A stretch of DNA of 64,000 nucleotides from positions 992,001-1,056,000 of the forward strand of contig JBNJNM010000013.1 in assembly GCA_052426225.1 (NCBI GenBank), read 5' to 3'. The translations under genes were made by a program, and so were the position numbers. This document shows, piece after piece, positions 48,032 to 60,922 of the stretch (the first letter of the stretch is position 1; each line of letters begins with the position of its first letter). The notes beneath the pieces were generated by a model that did not search any database, was not told where the DNA came from, and saw nothing but the letters and a program-made list of their open reading frames with translations. The DNA is from Zancudomyces culisetae HAW-14-8. Taxonomy: Eukaryota > Fungi > Kickxellomycota.

Positions 48032-49246
48032 CTAGGCTTGAGCTTTTTGCAATTTTGCATACTCACTCTTAAGTACGCTCACAACATGAGGATAGGAGAA
48101 CCATTCTGGGATGTCTTCACCAGTTTTCAGCATGTTTCTGAGCTCTGTTCCGGAAATATTCAAGGTCTTTGCGCCCTTTTCCAGCTTGTCGATCTCTTCG
48201 TATCTATTCTCATCGGGCAAGTAGGCCAACATAGAGAACCGAACTGGTTTGATTTCAAGCTCATCCTCATACTGTTCTATAAATTCTTGTGCTTCATATG
48301 GACCATAGAAATCCTTTCCATCGATATCTTTTCCTGGACCTGCATGATCTCTTCCTACAATTATATGGGATGCACCATAGTTTTTTCTGATTATTGCGTG
48401 CCACACAGCTTCTTTTGGTCCTGCCATGCGCATGGCCAGTGGAAGAAGTGACAGAAATGCGGTGTTTGGTTTGTAGTACTCCATGATGATCTTGTATACC
48501 TTGACGCGGGTAATGTAGTCGACATCACCTGGCTTTGTCATGCCAACCACTGGATGTACAAGTATCTTGGCATTTACCTTTTCACCAGCACGCAAAGTGA
48601 GTTCATGATGGGCTCTATGCATTGGATTTCTGGTTTGGAAGGCAACAACTCGTTCAAACCCATCCTTTTCAAACTTTTCTCTGACTTGTGCAGGCGTGAA
48701 TCTGATCTCTTGGAAATCCTCATGGCTGACGGGATTTATTATTTGGATATCGCCACCAATGTAAATATCACCAGTCTGGTTGAATAGGTAATCCACGGCA
48801 GGATGGTGAGTGCTCTTTGTACCGAAAACCTTTATAGCCTCTTCCTCCTTGTCTACAGAGTACAAATCCTTGATTTTAATGATAGCCAAGTTACTTCCGT
48901 TTCTTGGGTCTACTAAAACCAACTTCTTTCCCAAAATTTCGTTGCTTTCGTTGGTGTTGAAGATCTTTTTGAGGTGATCTAGATTCGTATCTAAGCATAC
49001 TGGAATCGTCCATACCAAACCATTTGCAAGTCGGTCAGAGTTTACAACGCTTGAATAGTCTTCTTTAGTCATAAAGCCCTCAAGCGGCGAGAATCCACCA
49101 TTTGACAGCAACTCCAAGTCACAGAGCTGTCTCTCTGTCAGTTCCAGGCTTGGAAGGGTCTTCGCACTTTCCTCGAGCTGCGCCTTTATTGGTGCATCTC
49201 GGGCAATCAGGTCTTTTAGTATTCCACCGTGAGGAGATATTGTCAT
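48032..49246 (-). CDS. MET3: ATP sulfurylase (sulfate adenylyltransferase), 404 aa, catalytic domains only
   Basis: PHGGILKDL, ERQLCDLELL.NGGFSPLEGFM, VAFQTRNPMHRAH, GRDHAGPG, ISGTELR, PEWFSYP. Confidence 0.95.
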   Translation of the reverse strand: MTISPHGGILKDLIARDAPIKAQLEESAKTLPSLELTERQLCDLELLSNGGFSPLEGFMTKEDYSSVVNSDRLANGLVWTIPVCLDTNLDHLKKIFNTNESNEILGKKLVLVDPRNGSNLAIIKIKDLYSVDKEEEAIKVFGTKSTHHPAVDYLFNQTGDIYIGGDIQIINPVSHEDFQEIRFTPAQVREKFEKDGFERVVAFQTRNPMHRAHHELTLRAGEKVNAKILVHPVVGMTKPGDVDYITRVKVYKIIMEYYKPNTAFLSLLPLAMRMAGPKEAVWHAIIRKNYGASHIIVGRDHAGPGKDIDGKDFYGPYEAQEFIEQYEDELEIKPVRFSMLAYLPDENRYEEIDKLEKGAKTLNISGTELRNMLKTGEDIPEWFSYPHVVSVLKSEYAKLQKAQA

Positions 49247-51025
49247 TTTAGTTTCTGATATTTTATTTACAACCTTTTTCTTGAAATGTTGGTGTAATGC
49301 TAAAAGGGGCAAAGCACATGTGTTTATATATGTTTTTCTTTTTTAAATTCTGTGGTTTTTTTGTGATTCTAAACCATTAAGCAATTGCTGAGTAATTGTA
49401 ATTAACAAAAATTTAAGTTTAGCACGAGTCATTTTTGTTTGTACATCTATAACACTCCTCCATATTTCTACACCTCCACTTCTTTGCCCATATTATCCTT
49501 CCCCAACTTGGTTCTTTATTTGCAAAAATACTAACGAAATTAGATTTGGGAACATTGAATAGCGTCTATGTGGTTAGTGTTTTTGATTTCTTATCAATTT
49601 AACATTAAATTCAGTTTTTTAAATTAATAAGCGAGTTCAAACCGTAAGAAAAAGGTCCAGAATGCACAGATAATATCAGTTTATAGCAGTTTGCACCTGT
49701 CTTCTCGTCAATAAATGTTTCAATAATGGGATCTTTGACGCCAGCACTTCGTTTAACGATCACGTATTTTTGGTTACTTTTTTGCGATTTTTCGAAATTT
49801 GAATTTGTGCTTGATTTGACAAATATGTTCTCAAATTCGAAAACATCCAAGTATATGATTGGCCAGAACCGCAAGGAAACATTGTTTATGCACATTCACT
49901 ATTCATGGCCCACAAGCGCAAGCAAGGCAACTAGTTCACAAGTGGTGCTTCTAGCGGGAATAGCATATAAGCTGCATCTACAAATCAGAGAGTTAAGCTG
50001 ACGACGTATGAAGTTTATCAGATATGATGCAATAACACAAATAAAGTACGCTTTCAGGTGCTCAGAAGAAAAATATTGGTATGACTTGAAAGCAATACAA
50101 AAAATAGAGCCCTGCTACCGTTACCATACAATATCGCTATCTTCACACTTATCTCAATCTTCTCAGACCAAGAGAATCTTGGTAAACTGGTTACCAAAAA
50201 CACAGCACATCCTTTTTTATTTATTGAATGTATTGAAAGCAAAAGCAATCAGCTTTTCACAAATCTGTTATTGATAACTTTAAAGAATATTAGAGCACGA
50301 TAACTACTAAAAACACAAGGTATCTATTGTATATCTACATTTGCGGTTATGAAATCTTAATAACATACACTACCATAACCCCCCCCCCTCCTCTCCTCCC
50401 ATCTTCCTCTTCACATTGCACTTTATAAGCAGTAAAATTGGGTATTTTTCAGATGAATTGAAACGCAAAAAATATTGCATTTCTTAGATGATATAATCCA
50501 AAGCTACCTGTGTAGTAACATAAAACATTCTGGTTTTAAAAACTTATGGACACCTCTGTTATTCACCAGCTAGATATTCCGAATTAATAAGAAAAAAAGG
50601 GACTGGATGTAGCATATGCTGGCTCAGGTCAGTAAGTATTACATAGAAGTATTAAAGGTGGCATCACCTCGATCAGCAATACCTCCTTCCTCACCTGAAC
50701 TTCTCTCTCTTATCCTAGCTATTTGTTTGTAAAAAATGTAGAAAATTGGGGGGAGGGTGGTTGCAAAACACTTGTTGACCATTTGTTTCAGTGTCTGACA
50801 CACAGTTCTAGGTTTGATGATTTTTATATTGTTAAACAACACGTGAAAGTAAACACACCCAATCGTACAGTTCAGGTATCATAGACCGCTTTATCCGTTT
50901 CTTTCCTAAACCAGTTATCAGCATTTGATACTGATTCTATATTACATTAAGGGTAAAGAAAAAAGGTTAAATACCAAATAATACCAGGAATTAGCGGGCT
51001 CATAAAAAAAGGCAACAAGATCAAG

Positions 51026-52163
51026 ATGTTTGGCTTTGATACGCTTTTGGTCTTTGGAGATTCAAATTCTGATATCGGAAATGTACGCAGGGTAAGCAAG
51101 GGGTTATCTCCGATCGCAGGAAGTTACGATGGAAGATTTTCAGACGGCCCGGTTTGGTGCGACAATCTGGTTAGAATTTTTAACTTGAAGACTCAGAACT
51201 ACGCTTATGGTATGTATATTTCGATGAAATAACACAGTCCAAATCTAGAATTTGCTTTTTATTTTTCCCTCAAGTTTGACTTTGTTGCTTATAAGTAATA
51301 CATGAATATTAGGAAATGCTACAACAAATAACGAAAACATTGCAGGCACCATAAGAGTTAAAGATTCAGCTACCAGAGTGGAAGTTCCTGGCGTGAAACA
51401 GCAGATTGCTCAGTACTTAGATAGCGAATACAACGTAAAAGAGAATGGCGCAAGCCGTGATACCGAACTATTTGCAATCTTTGTGGGATCTAACGATTTA
51501 ACTTCTCGCCTATACCCTGGCTCGTACAATATTACCCGGGAAATGACAGAGAAAGAACTAATTGAAAGCCAAGCCGAATGTATTGTAAGTTTACTCTTGT
51601 ACTACTCTTCCTTTTCCTGCGTGACACAACCGCATTTCTTTGGGTGAGCTTTTTTTGACAGGCTGTATTCTTTTTACGAACATAAAAATTAGGAGATGCT
51701 TATTGAGAAGGCAAAAGCGAAACACTTTTTAATATTTACCACTCGGCCCCGCGAAGATTATCCTGGTATAAGGCAATTTGAGGATTCACAGGTTTCAGCT
51801 GCTAGGGATGCGGCCTTGGAGTTCAATCGTCTTCTGAAAATTATGGTAGAAGAAAAGACGAAAAAGTATCCAACCGTCAATTTCATACTCTATGATATTC
51901 ATAAACTCATGAAACAGCTTGCTTTGGAACCAACAAGATATGGTTTACACCCTGATGTCTTTACACCTATTATAGCCAGCAAGGATAGCAACTCTGCGGA
52001 TGACCTAACACCGGGACAGGATACGGACTGTTCTAAAAACAACAGACTTTTCTGGGATACATTCCATATCTCGCAAAAAGCACAAATGCTGGCTACTGCC
52101 GATATAATCCACGTGATAGCGCAAAACTTCTGGAAACGCAACACTCACCTACTAGGCGAATAG
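51026..52163 (+). CDS. GDSL/SGNH hydrolase (carbohydrate esterase/lipase), three exons
   Basis: Block I FGDSNSDIGN, GRFSDGPVW, NYAYG, block III FVGSND, block V FWDTFH. Confidence 0.85.
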
Positions 52164-53062
52164 CGTGTCTACGCTAAGTTTTCGTGCTTGTACAGGCAAA
52201 TGAAGTGCGTATTTCTGTGGGGCTAGGGTATTTTAATTTTATGTTGATAACATCATCAGGTCTCAACTATAAGGATTACCAACACCCAATCTTAATAAAT
52301 ATTTCTTTTAGTGTTGTAGGTACAAGTCCGCTTTCATTTTTTATTTATTTTGCTAGTAAAAGGTTTTTATTAGCATTTTGGCACTTTGATTTTACTCGCT
52401 TATTTTTCTGCAAATGTTCTCAACAATAGGCACTTTTTAGAATTAAATAGGAAAAATAAGGGTGAACAAACCCATGGATTCACAAAACAATGAAAAAAAA
52501 AATCCAAGCATCTGGAGTTGCAGTATGTTTGCTTTTGTTAAAATTAAGTAAACAAATTTCCTGTTTGCGTCTTTAGTATCATTTGAAATAGCTGCTTCAT
52601 CGGATTCAGAAATTTCAGTCCATTCATTATCCAAAAAATTGTATTCGGCATATCTTCTGGTGCTAATCGTACCGCACACGACAGGTTGACGATACTTATT
52701 CTAGTTTCCGAAGGAATAAGGTAATCTGAATGCAAGAGACATCTTCAAGTGCATTGTCAAAAGCTGTACACTTTTACCTTTAAACTGTAAGCAATCACTT
52801 TTTTTTTTGTACCTATTTTTTCTTCTTCAGTTTGATTCTGTTAAATACATACATATATGCGAATTGTTTTTGACGAAAATTGTAAAAACAAGCGCTCAAG
52901 TTTTAACATAATTTTAAAGAGGCAGTTACCAATTTTATTTTTTTTGCTTAAAGTAAAAGTGATGAATAAATAGGTTTATAGAGCGAGCTGCTGCTGAATA
53001 AAGAGTAGATTTCATTAAAAAAGAAGCAAAGGAAAGAAAAAAAGGATACGACACATATATAA

Positions 53063-54465
53063 ATGTCCTATAGAGCAGCAACTTCCCGGAGACCTCACAG
53101 GGAAGAGCTAAAACATGGGAATCGAGATAACGATCGATCGAACAAGGAATCTATGCTAAAAAAAGGAGAAGATGAATTTAAAAAACAAGAAACGGGTAGA
53201 AGAAGTCAGAAAACTTCTGAGGCGCCAGGTGGAGGCAGGGAATCTGAGCGACAAGAAGCTGGAAACCCTAACAGACGCTCAATAGGCAACAGCTACAAAA
53301 ATATTGAGGAGATTGGGGCAGGGGTAAGTGCAAGAGGGGTGGATGAGAATGGAGGTACAGAGGACGAGAGTTGGATATCTGTGTCTAGAGATAAGAAGAG
53401 GAATAGTCAGCGGCTTTTTATGGGGGAGAACAAAGCAAGAAAACATTCTGAAATAAATAGAAGTTCAAGAACTGGAACACCACTGGGAAGTACAAGCTCA
53501 CACTCGCCAACCCCACTTTATAACCGGGGTAGTACGGAAGGTTCAGCAGCACGAGGAAGCGTATCAACAAAGTCGGTTGAGTTTGATGTCGGAGATAAGG
53601 TTTGGATCAGACTTTGCGACAATAGTGAGGTAGTGGGTGTGGTGTTTGCATATGAAGTGATGATTGGTGTTATTGTGTTGATGAGTAAAGCCCCTTTGGA
53701 TACCACAAAAAAATCCAACTACGATCCGACACAAGAACCGACATTCCACTTGATGGGACATAGTAACCAGCATCCTACCACTGCCGAAGTCACCATGGTA
53801 TTTACGAATAACATCCGCGAATTAAATGTTGTGAAATACGCAAGCAACACTGGAACTAATGAATCAATCATTAACAGTGCTGTGAAGGATCAATCCGAAC
53901 TCAAAAGCAACAGCCAGCCTGGTGGGACTGTTGCTGAACCCTTTGTGCTTCCACAACTTAAAAAGCTACCAATAGACAAACTAGGATTGGCTAATAAAAA
54001 AGCATTAGCAGAAGCCGATATTCAAAACCAGAAAGTGGGAGTTGGTGTATCAAAGTATGCTCAAGATATCTTTGATTCCTTAAGCAAAACGTAAGTTGTA
54101 GCAACTCTCTTGTATGCACGAGGAATAACAAACTATACATACTCATTTTAACATTATATAATCTTGTATTTTATTTAGGATGCCATGTCGTTGGGTTGGT
54201 GAAAAAATTGTAGTTTTGGACGAAGTACTTATTGAGCCCCCTTATGACGTTGATAATTGTCTAGCCCTATCAAACAGCTCGTCATCACTTAGTCGTATTC
54301 AAATAGTTGTAAGTACACCTCACACAATCCTGTCTAATCTAGCCTTCATGATTAAATGAATATCATTATTTTTGAACCTTTATAATAATAATAATAATAA
54401 CATTGTATTTTATCTGCAATTCTTAATAGCTACGTGGCGAAAAGCGAAAACTGGGCTCTTCATAA
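53063..54465 (+). CDS. LSM12: LSM12-like protein (LSm domain + anticodon-binding AD domain), three exons
   Basis: 'VGDKVWIRL...VGVVFAYE' LSm fold; 'GVGVSKYAQDIFDSLSKT|MPCRW...IVVLDEVLIEPPY' AD domain. Confidence 0.85.
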
Positions 54466-54955
54466 ACCTATATATTTTAATTTGTAGCTAACAGCCATTT
54501 ATTAATTATTTTTGTTTTTTCTTATTGCCATTTATCTACACCAATAAAATTTTAAAATTGAAAATTGCTGCTTTTGAAACTACAACTCGCTCATCCGGCT
54601 ACAAGCAACACAAGACTTCATCCAGTATGTGCTAGTATCTGCGTTTCATTCCATAACTACATTTGTAACCTTCAAAAAAAAAACAAACAAAAAAACAATA
54701 AGGATATAGATAAAGATAAACACGCGAATATTTCAACAAAAGTATTCACTGAGCAATTCCAACGCCCAGCATAATATCAGTAAACGCGATAATAATGTTC
54801 AACTTACAAGAAAAAAATAGCGATAAAGTAATGAATAAAATCCCGATTTATTTTTTTGGGATATCGATATTCATATGTATTGAAACATGTTCTTCTCCAA
54901 TGGTGGGCTGCACAAAGCCAACCACTTGCGCCATGTACTTTAAAACGTTATTACA

Positions 54956-56776
54956 TTAATGATTGGGTAATTCTGAGTCTAGTTCACCGCTAATGATGCT
55001 GAGTTGTGACAATAAACCACCATTTGAGTATGGTTCATAACACTTGGTCCTCGGAGGGCTACTAGACCCATAAAGACTATGCGTACCATTCGATATACCA
55101 TTTTCATTCATAGTTGAATGTAGACTCCCAAGTGTATTATAGCTATCTTCTTGATTGTGTCGTCCGATGGTATTCTGAACACTGTCAAATTGCACACGTT
55201 CGCCCTCTGGAATAGCCATCTCCTCGTGCCACAATGGTATAGATGCACGTGAAAGCTCATTGCGCTTATTCAAAACTTTATCATTCTCGGGTTCCTTGGT
55301 ATGTGTAGCTTTCTCCTCAAACACTCTGGTGGATTGACCACTTAAAAAGGGTGAAGACGGGCTCCTCTCATTGTGTAAAAGGGAAGACGCCTTATCCTCC
55401 ATTAAATCACCGGTTCTCTCTGTGTACGCATGGTTGTGCAAAGCTACCGCCTTTTGCGAGGCAAATTTAACTAGTCCGTTGTCCTTGTTAGCCATCAATG
55501 ATCCTGTAACATTTTCAAGGCACAACTCACTTTTGTCGAGCCCCACCGCATAACTATCTGCAGTCTTTCTCTCATCACTACCAGACTTGTCTATGAAATT
55601 ATCCACTCCTTTATATTCTAGTATGTCTCTGGTATGCTGTGTAATACTTTTGTTATATGTGTTAACATGGTAGGAACCATGAGCCTCGTAGGTACCATAC
55701 AGCTGTGTTGTTTCCTCGGATAAATCTATCGGTTGGAGTCTGTTTATCCTTTTATTTGAGTCCTGTAAATTGGCGCCTGGTACACTCGAATTTCTTAATA
55801 TCCCCCCAAATCGGTGGTAATTGACAGCATTACCAGTGCCTATATGTTCACCAGGAAATGTTTTCCCCAGTTTATCGCCCATTGTATTTAAAAAATACGC
55901 GTCCCTTCTAGTGTCTATTGCTACAGTTTCGTTAGCATTAGCATTCTTGTAGAAATGTCTGCTAATGCATCCAACATTTTCATCATAAGAGCCTCTGTAT
56001 GTTTGGTAGTCGAATACCTCAGGATCCATATCTGTACGCCTATCTATAGCTCTTTCGCTCCTAACACTGCGCTGCGTGATACTATCGCTTTTGGGGACCA
56101 TAGACTCCGAGTAGTTCCCAGATCCACCCTTTTTCACGCCATTCCCCACCACACTGTCATTTATGTCGGTGAAATCCATCCACATGCTAAAATTGTATAT
56201 CAGGCCAAACTCTGGAGGCAACAAATCAGTCCACGAGATTAGGAAAAGTGCTATCCCTGCTGTTACAACTGTTAAGCTAGAAATAATATTGAAGAGTGAT
56301 TTGGAATACAATAGACACCCAAAAAACGTATAAAACAAAGCCCTCCCTTTAAAAGTTAACAAAAACTTCATGTATTCCATGACAAACTCAGGGATTTGAA
56401 ATTCCGACACAATCATGACCGTGCTTATGATTCTATTATTAATAGATAATACAATTAAAGTAAGAATTAGATATCACTCTTTTTTTCCATATCAACCAGC
56501 AGGCTTTAAATCCCCCCCCCCTCCCCCATTTATAAACAGGACAATAATAGTCTTTTCTCTCTTTTTTTTATAAAAAAAATATAGAGCTGAGTAAAGAGCA
56601 ACCTAATATTACTTTGTTATGACTACTTACATGGTATAAGCATTATATACTATTATGCTTGAAGAATGAGTATTTACAATATTTACCACACCTGTTACGA
56701 GCAATAAAAAACATAAGAGTATGTTTAATACGCTGAATACCAACAATGTGAGTCTATAATTAAAGTATTCCCTCAT
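54956..56776 (-). CDS. Tvp15/COPI-associated-domain membrane protein with long C-terminal extension; exon 1 56776-56631, exon 2 from 56432
   Basis: Hydrophobic N-terminus with 'EF..P...YMKFLLTFKGRALFYTFFG', typical of Tvp15/COPI_assoc. In-frame GT-AG intron. Confidence 0.6.
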
Positions 56777-58879
56777 CTATATCTATTGTAGTTTGCCTAA
56801 TTCATTGATCTATATGCTTATTTGTGTTGCCCATCGATGTATCTTCTAAGGGAAAAAACCATGGATTGAGATATTGTGACGATTAAAGTCGGGTATTCCA
56901 CTACCTTATTTCCTTAATTGCGAGCACTTTGGTCACTATTGGTTTCCCTTTATATGTTGATGCTATGAGGCTTTGAAATATCGGACAAAGAACCAGTTCG
57001 CACTCTTTGCCCTTTTAAATACCCTCTAGCTATCAAATCATAAGTGTTTGTTTATATTTGCCGCTGATTTTTTTGAGTTTTTTTATTTATTGTCTTTGTT
57101 TATTTTTAAAATTCGCGAATCGATTAGCAATGTTTAATTTCTCAATCGATTCCAGTTCTTTAATGGGCTTAATACCAGAAGCAAAATGCTAAATACAGTT
57201 TAATCAGTGTAAATATCAATAACTACATCACCATTGAGAAAGTTTTAGAAAGTAGACCCGCCTTGAATATCCCATCTCCTCACACTCAGGGCTACAAATT
57301 TCCGACATTCGGCGCTTGGTAGGGTTGAATGTTTTTTATTGCTTGTTTGATAAAGATGCTAATTCTAATTAGTGTATAGGATGGTACATGAAAGTTACCT
57401 AGAGGTAAAGTGCAAAAAAAAATTCCCAGTCCTACGGTACAAGTTTAGTGAGCCGCAAAGTATATAACATATACATGCTAGAGTAATCCCTTATTTACAT
57501 CTCACATTTTATGTTTTCGGGGGAGGGGAGGAGAGGGGATGTTTTTCATCGGGGGGGGGGGGGGGTCAACTGATCGGCGACCAACTATAACACATTCATT
57601 GTGTGTTTCAACAAATAAAACAAATATCAAACAGTATATTTCGACCATTTTTGCAAGTACCAAAGTGTAAGCTTCAAATATAGCCTGTTTGATTCTCATC
57701 AATATTATATATCAAATTTATGTTAACTTCCTTGTATCATCAAAAGCAAAGTGTCTACAAAAAGCATCTTTTTTCTGGTATATTGATCCTGGCTAACTAA
57801 GTAGTAAGGCATCTTTACACTTTGAAAATACCACTCATTTTGCCAGCCCTTAAAGACGCTGTTAGTCTTATTTCTCGAATTTCCAAAACAAGATCCATGA
57901 TGCCCATTGTTTTAACAAGCGTGAAAAGTGCGATTAACAAGCTATTAGAAATCTATCTCGGAGGTTATCCGCGCTTCTCAGGTTTTTTATTCTCTGGGCA
58001 TTGGAACAAATTACCAAAGTTCAAATTGGTCGCAAAACCTGTTACATCCCTTTTTAAATTGGAGCTCATGAACTTACATAATAGAATCCGTCATGTACTT
58101 TGAGATATGGTTGGTTGTTCTTTTTTAGCGAGTATTTTCAACCTGTTCTTGGTTACCAAAATTTCCTTAACCGCAGAAAGTCGTATTTCCGCATTAAACC
58201 GGCTTGTTTTTTCCTTTTTGCTATCTCCAGACAATTATTAAAAAAATCACACCAAAAAAAAAAGATATGCATTTTGTTTTATCCATGTCAGATTTGGGGC
58301 ATTAACAGCCCCAGTTACATGCACATGTAAAGCCTTTGGAAATGTTTTACCATTGTCAAGAATTGTCCTTGAAAAAATACAAACCAAAACATTTGTTGGC
58401 TATCAATTCCATTCTCTATTCTAGTTTCCCATTTGACCTTTAGGAACTATTCCTCAGCTGAAAAGGAAAAAGTGTTTCATATGTTTGGAAATGTGACCTT
58501 CCTCTGTTAAAAAGCTCGTTTTATACGCATGTGATAAAAATTAATAAAGGGTCAGAGCTGGATTCTCAAATAGAAACATGTTTATTGAAGCAACAAATCT
58601 AACAATCTGAAAAAAAAGGAAACAAACGGCTGATTAAAGGAGCTACACTTATTCGAGAATTTCAAATTTGGGTAAAGGAAAAAGCCAAATAGCTTTTAAA
58701 ACAATACCAGTTTAGAGAAACATTTATAAATAGCCTCCAGACAAGTCAAAATCAGTGATCGATAAATATTTTCTACTATAACACCAAGATATATTCTAGG
58801 CGATAGATAAGAGCCCAAGAAACAATTAATTTTTTTTAAAAAAAGAAAACGAGAGATAAGAGAAGCAATTGCGATAGAG

Positions 58880-60922
58880 ATGCCTGAAATCAAACAGCTG
58901 AGCTACGCCGTTCCAAACTCCCAAAGGGAGGGAGAGTCTGCTATATACAGAAATCTTGCAAACAAGGATAGTTTGGAATTCAAGGCACTACCTCATATCC
59001 AAACAGTTTATGACATTTTTTGGAACTCTGTGAAAAATTCCCCAAATAGTCCATACATTGGTGAAAGAGTTTATGACCCAGTTACTAACAAGCATGGAGC
59101 TTATAAATTCCAAACTTATGCAGAGACAGGTAAAAGAGTGACAAACTTGGCCAGCGGTATAATTTATATCTACAAGAAGGCTCATGGAATTACCGGAGAT
59201 GCACCCAGAAACTGGCCTGTTGCGATATACTCCACCAACCGTCCAGAGTGGAATATTACAGAAAAGGCTGCAATCACACAGTCATTACAGGGTGTCTCGT
59301 TGTACGATACACTTGGTGAGTCATCGATTGAATACATAATGAACCACTCTGAGAGTCCCTTGCTCTTCTGTAGCTTGGATAAAGTCTCAAAATTGCTGAG
59401 TATTACTGATAAGATTCCAAAATTGAAAACAATCGTCTCCATGGACTCTTTTGGCCTGGAAAACGAAGGCATTGGGCTTCCATCACCTTTCAATGTCAAT
59501 TCAATCAGATTACTGAGGGAATGGGCCGCTTCCAAAAACATTGAATTATACTCATTCGATGAAGTTGAACAGATAGGAGTAAAGAACCCAATTCCTCACT
59601 GTCCCCCAAAGCCAGATGATTACTACACAATTTTGTACACTTCAGGCACTACAGGAAATCCAAAGGGTGCTCTCACAAAACATAAGGGATATACAACATC
59701 AGCAAAGGCAGTAAATATGACAGGAGGCATCAAGCCTGGTGCTGTCTACCTCTCCTTCTTGCCTTTGGCTCACTGTTACGACAGAAATATAGAGAATTCG
59801 GTTACATTGGCAGCAGGATCGATTGGATACTTCTCTGGAGACATCACAAAAGTCGTTGAGGATTCGCAAGCTCTTCAACCTACAGTCATGTGCGGAGTCC
59901 CAAGACTTCTCAACCGCATTTACGATAGGCTAGCTGCAGCCTCAATCCACGCACCTGGACTTAAGGGAATGTTGGCTAGAAAAGCTGTTGCTGCCAAGCT
60001 TGAAAACATGAGAGCAGGCAATGGTAATCTTCACTGGTTCTGGGATAGAATTATTTTCAAGAAGATGCAGGCTGCCCTCAGCTCAAGAATGGAATTTATC
60101 GTTACAGGCAGTGCACCTCTTGATGCAAAGGTAATGGACTTTTTAAGAATCAGTCTGTGCTGCACCATTATTGAGGGATATGGAATGACCGAGACTGCTG
60201 GAATAGCAACAACACAGAACCTTGACGATTTTTCATCTGGCTGTATTGGTGTCCCAACAGCAGGAGCGGAAATAAAACTGGTTGACATACCAGATATGAA
60301 CTATTTTGCAACTGACAAGCCCTGCCCAAGAGGTGAGCTATGCGTCAGAGCCGACTACGTCTTTTCTGAATACTTGAAAGAGCCCGAGAAGACTGCAGAG
60401 ACATTTTTGGAAGGCGGCTGGCTTGCAACCGGAGACGTTGCCAGAATCAACCCTGATGGTACCTTCGCAATCATTGATCGCAAAAAGAATATGTTCAAGC
60501 TTTCACAGGGCGAGTACGTTGCTCCTGAGAAGATCGAGAATGTGATAACCAGATCACCTGCATTTATGCAAGCCTTTGTCTATGGTGATTCATTCCAGAA
60601 CTACCTAGTCTCCATTGTTGTTCCAGACCCAGAAGGTTTTATTCCTTGGGCTCAAAGCGTAATCGGTGACAGAGCCAAGTCTATGGATTTAAATGCATTG
60701 TGCAAAGACCCTGCCATAATCAAGGCAGCCTTGGGCGAAATCTCAAACGTCACAGCAGCCGCCAAACTGGCCGGATTTGAACGCCCAAGAGCAGTTCATC
60801 TCGAAACAAACATGTTTAGCGCTGAAAACGGTATTTTGACACCAACAATGAAGCTCAAGCGCAATGAAGCCAAGATATACTTTAAGGAACAAATTGACGC
60901 CTTGTATGCATCCTTGAAATAA
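58880..60922 (+). CDS. Long-chain fatty acyl-CoA synthetase (ACSL/FAA2-like)
   Basis: YTSGTTGNPKG, SFLPLAH, EGYGMTE, GWLATGDV, IIDRKKNMFKLSQGEYVAPEKIE, LTPTMKLKR. Confidence 0.95.
   Translation: MPEIKQLSYAVPNSQREGESAIYRNLANKDSLEFKALPHIQTVYDIFWNSVKNSPNSPYIGERVYDPVTNKHGAYKFQTYAETGKRVTNLASGIIYIYKKAHGITGDAPRNWPVAIYSTNRPEWNITEKAAITQSLQGVSLYDTLGESSIEYIMNHSESPLLFCSLDKVSKLLSITDKIPKLKTIVSMDSFGLENEGIGLPSPFNVNSIRLLREWAASKNIELYSFDEVEQIGVKNPIPHCPPKPDDYYTILYTSGTTGNPKGALTKHKGYTTSAKAVNMTGGIKPGAVYLSFLPLAHCYDRNIENSVTLAAGSIGYFSGDITKVVEDSQALQPTVMCGVPRLLNRIYDRLAAASIHAPGLKGMLARKAVAAKLENMRAGNGNLHWFWDRIIFKKMQAALSSRMEFIVTGSAPLDAKVMDFLRISLCCTIIEGYGMTETAGIATTQNLDDFSSGCIGVPTAGAEIKLVDIPDMNYFATDKPCPRGELCVRADYVFSEYLKEPEKTAETFLEGGWLATGDVARINPDGTFAIIDRKKNMFKLSQGEYVAPEKIENVITRSPAFMQAFVYGDSFQNYLVSIVVPDPEGFIPWAQSVIGDRAKSMDLNALCKDPAIIKAALGEISNVTAAAKLAGFERPRAVHLETNMFSAENGILTPTMKLKRNEAKIYFKEQIDALYASLK

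Noticed and set aside
49611-50274. Short ORFs between MET3 and the GDSL gene
   Set aside because: No recognisable motif or consistent splice model.
52443-52735. Short minus-strand ORFs upstream of LSM12
   Set aside because: No ATG or splice model and no homology recognised.
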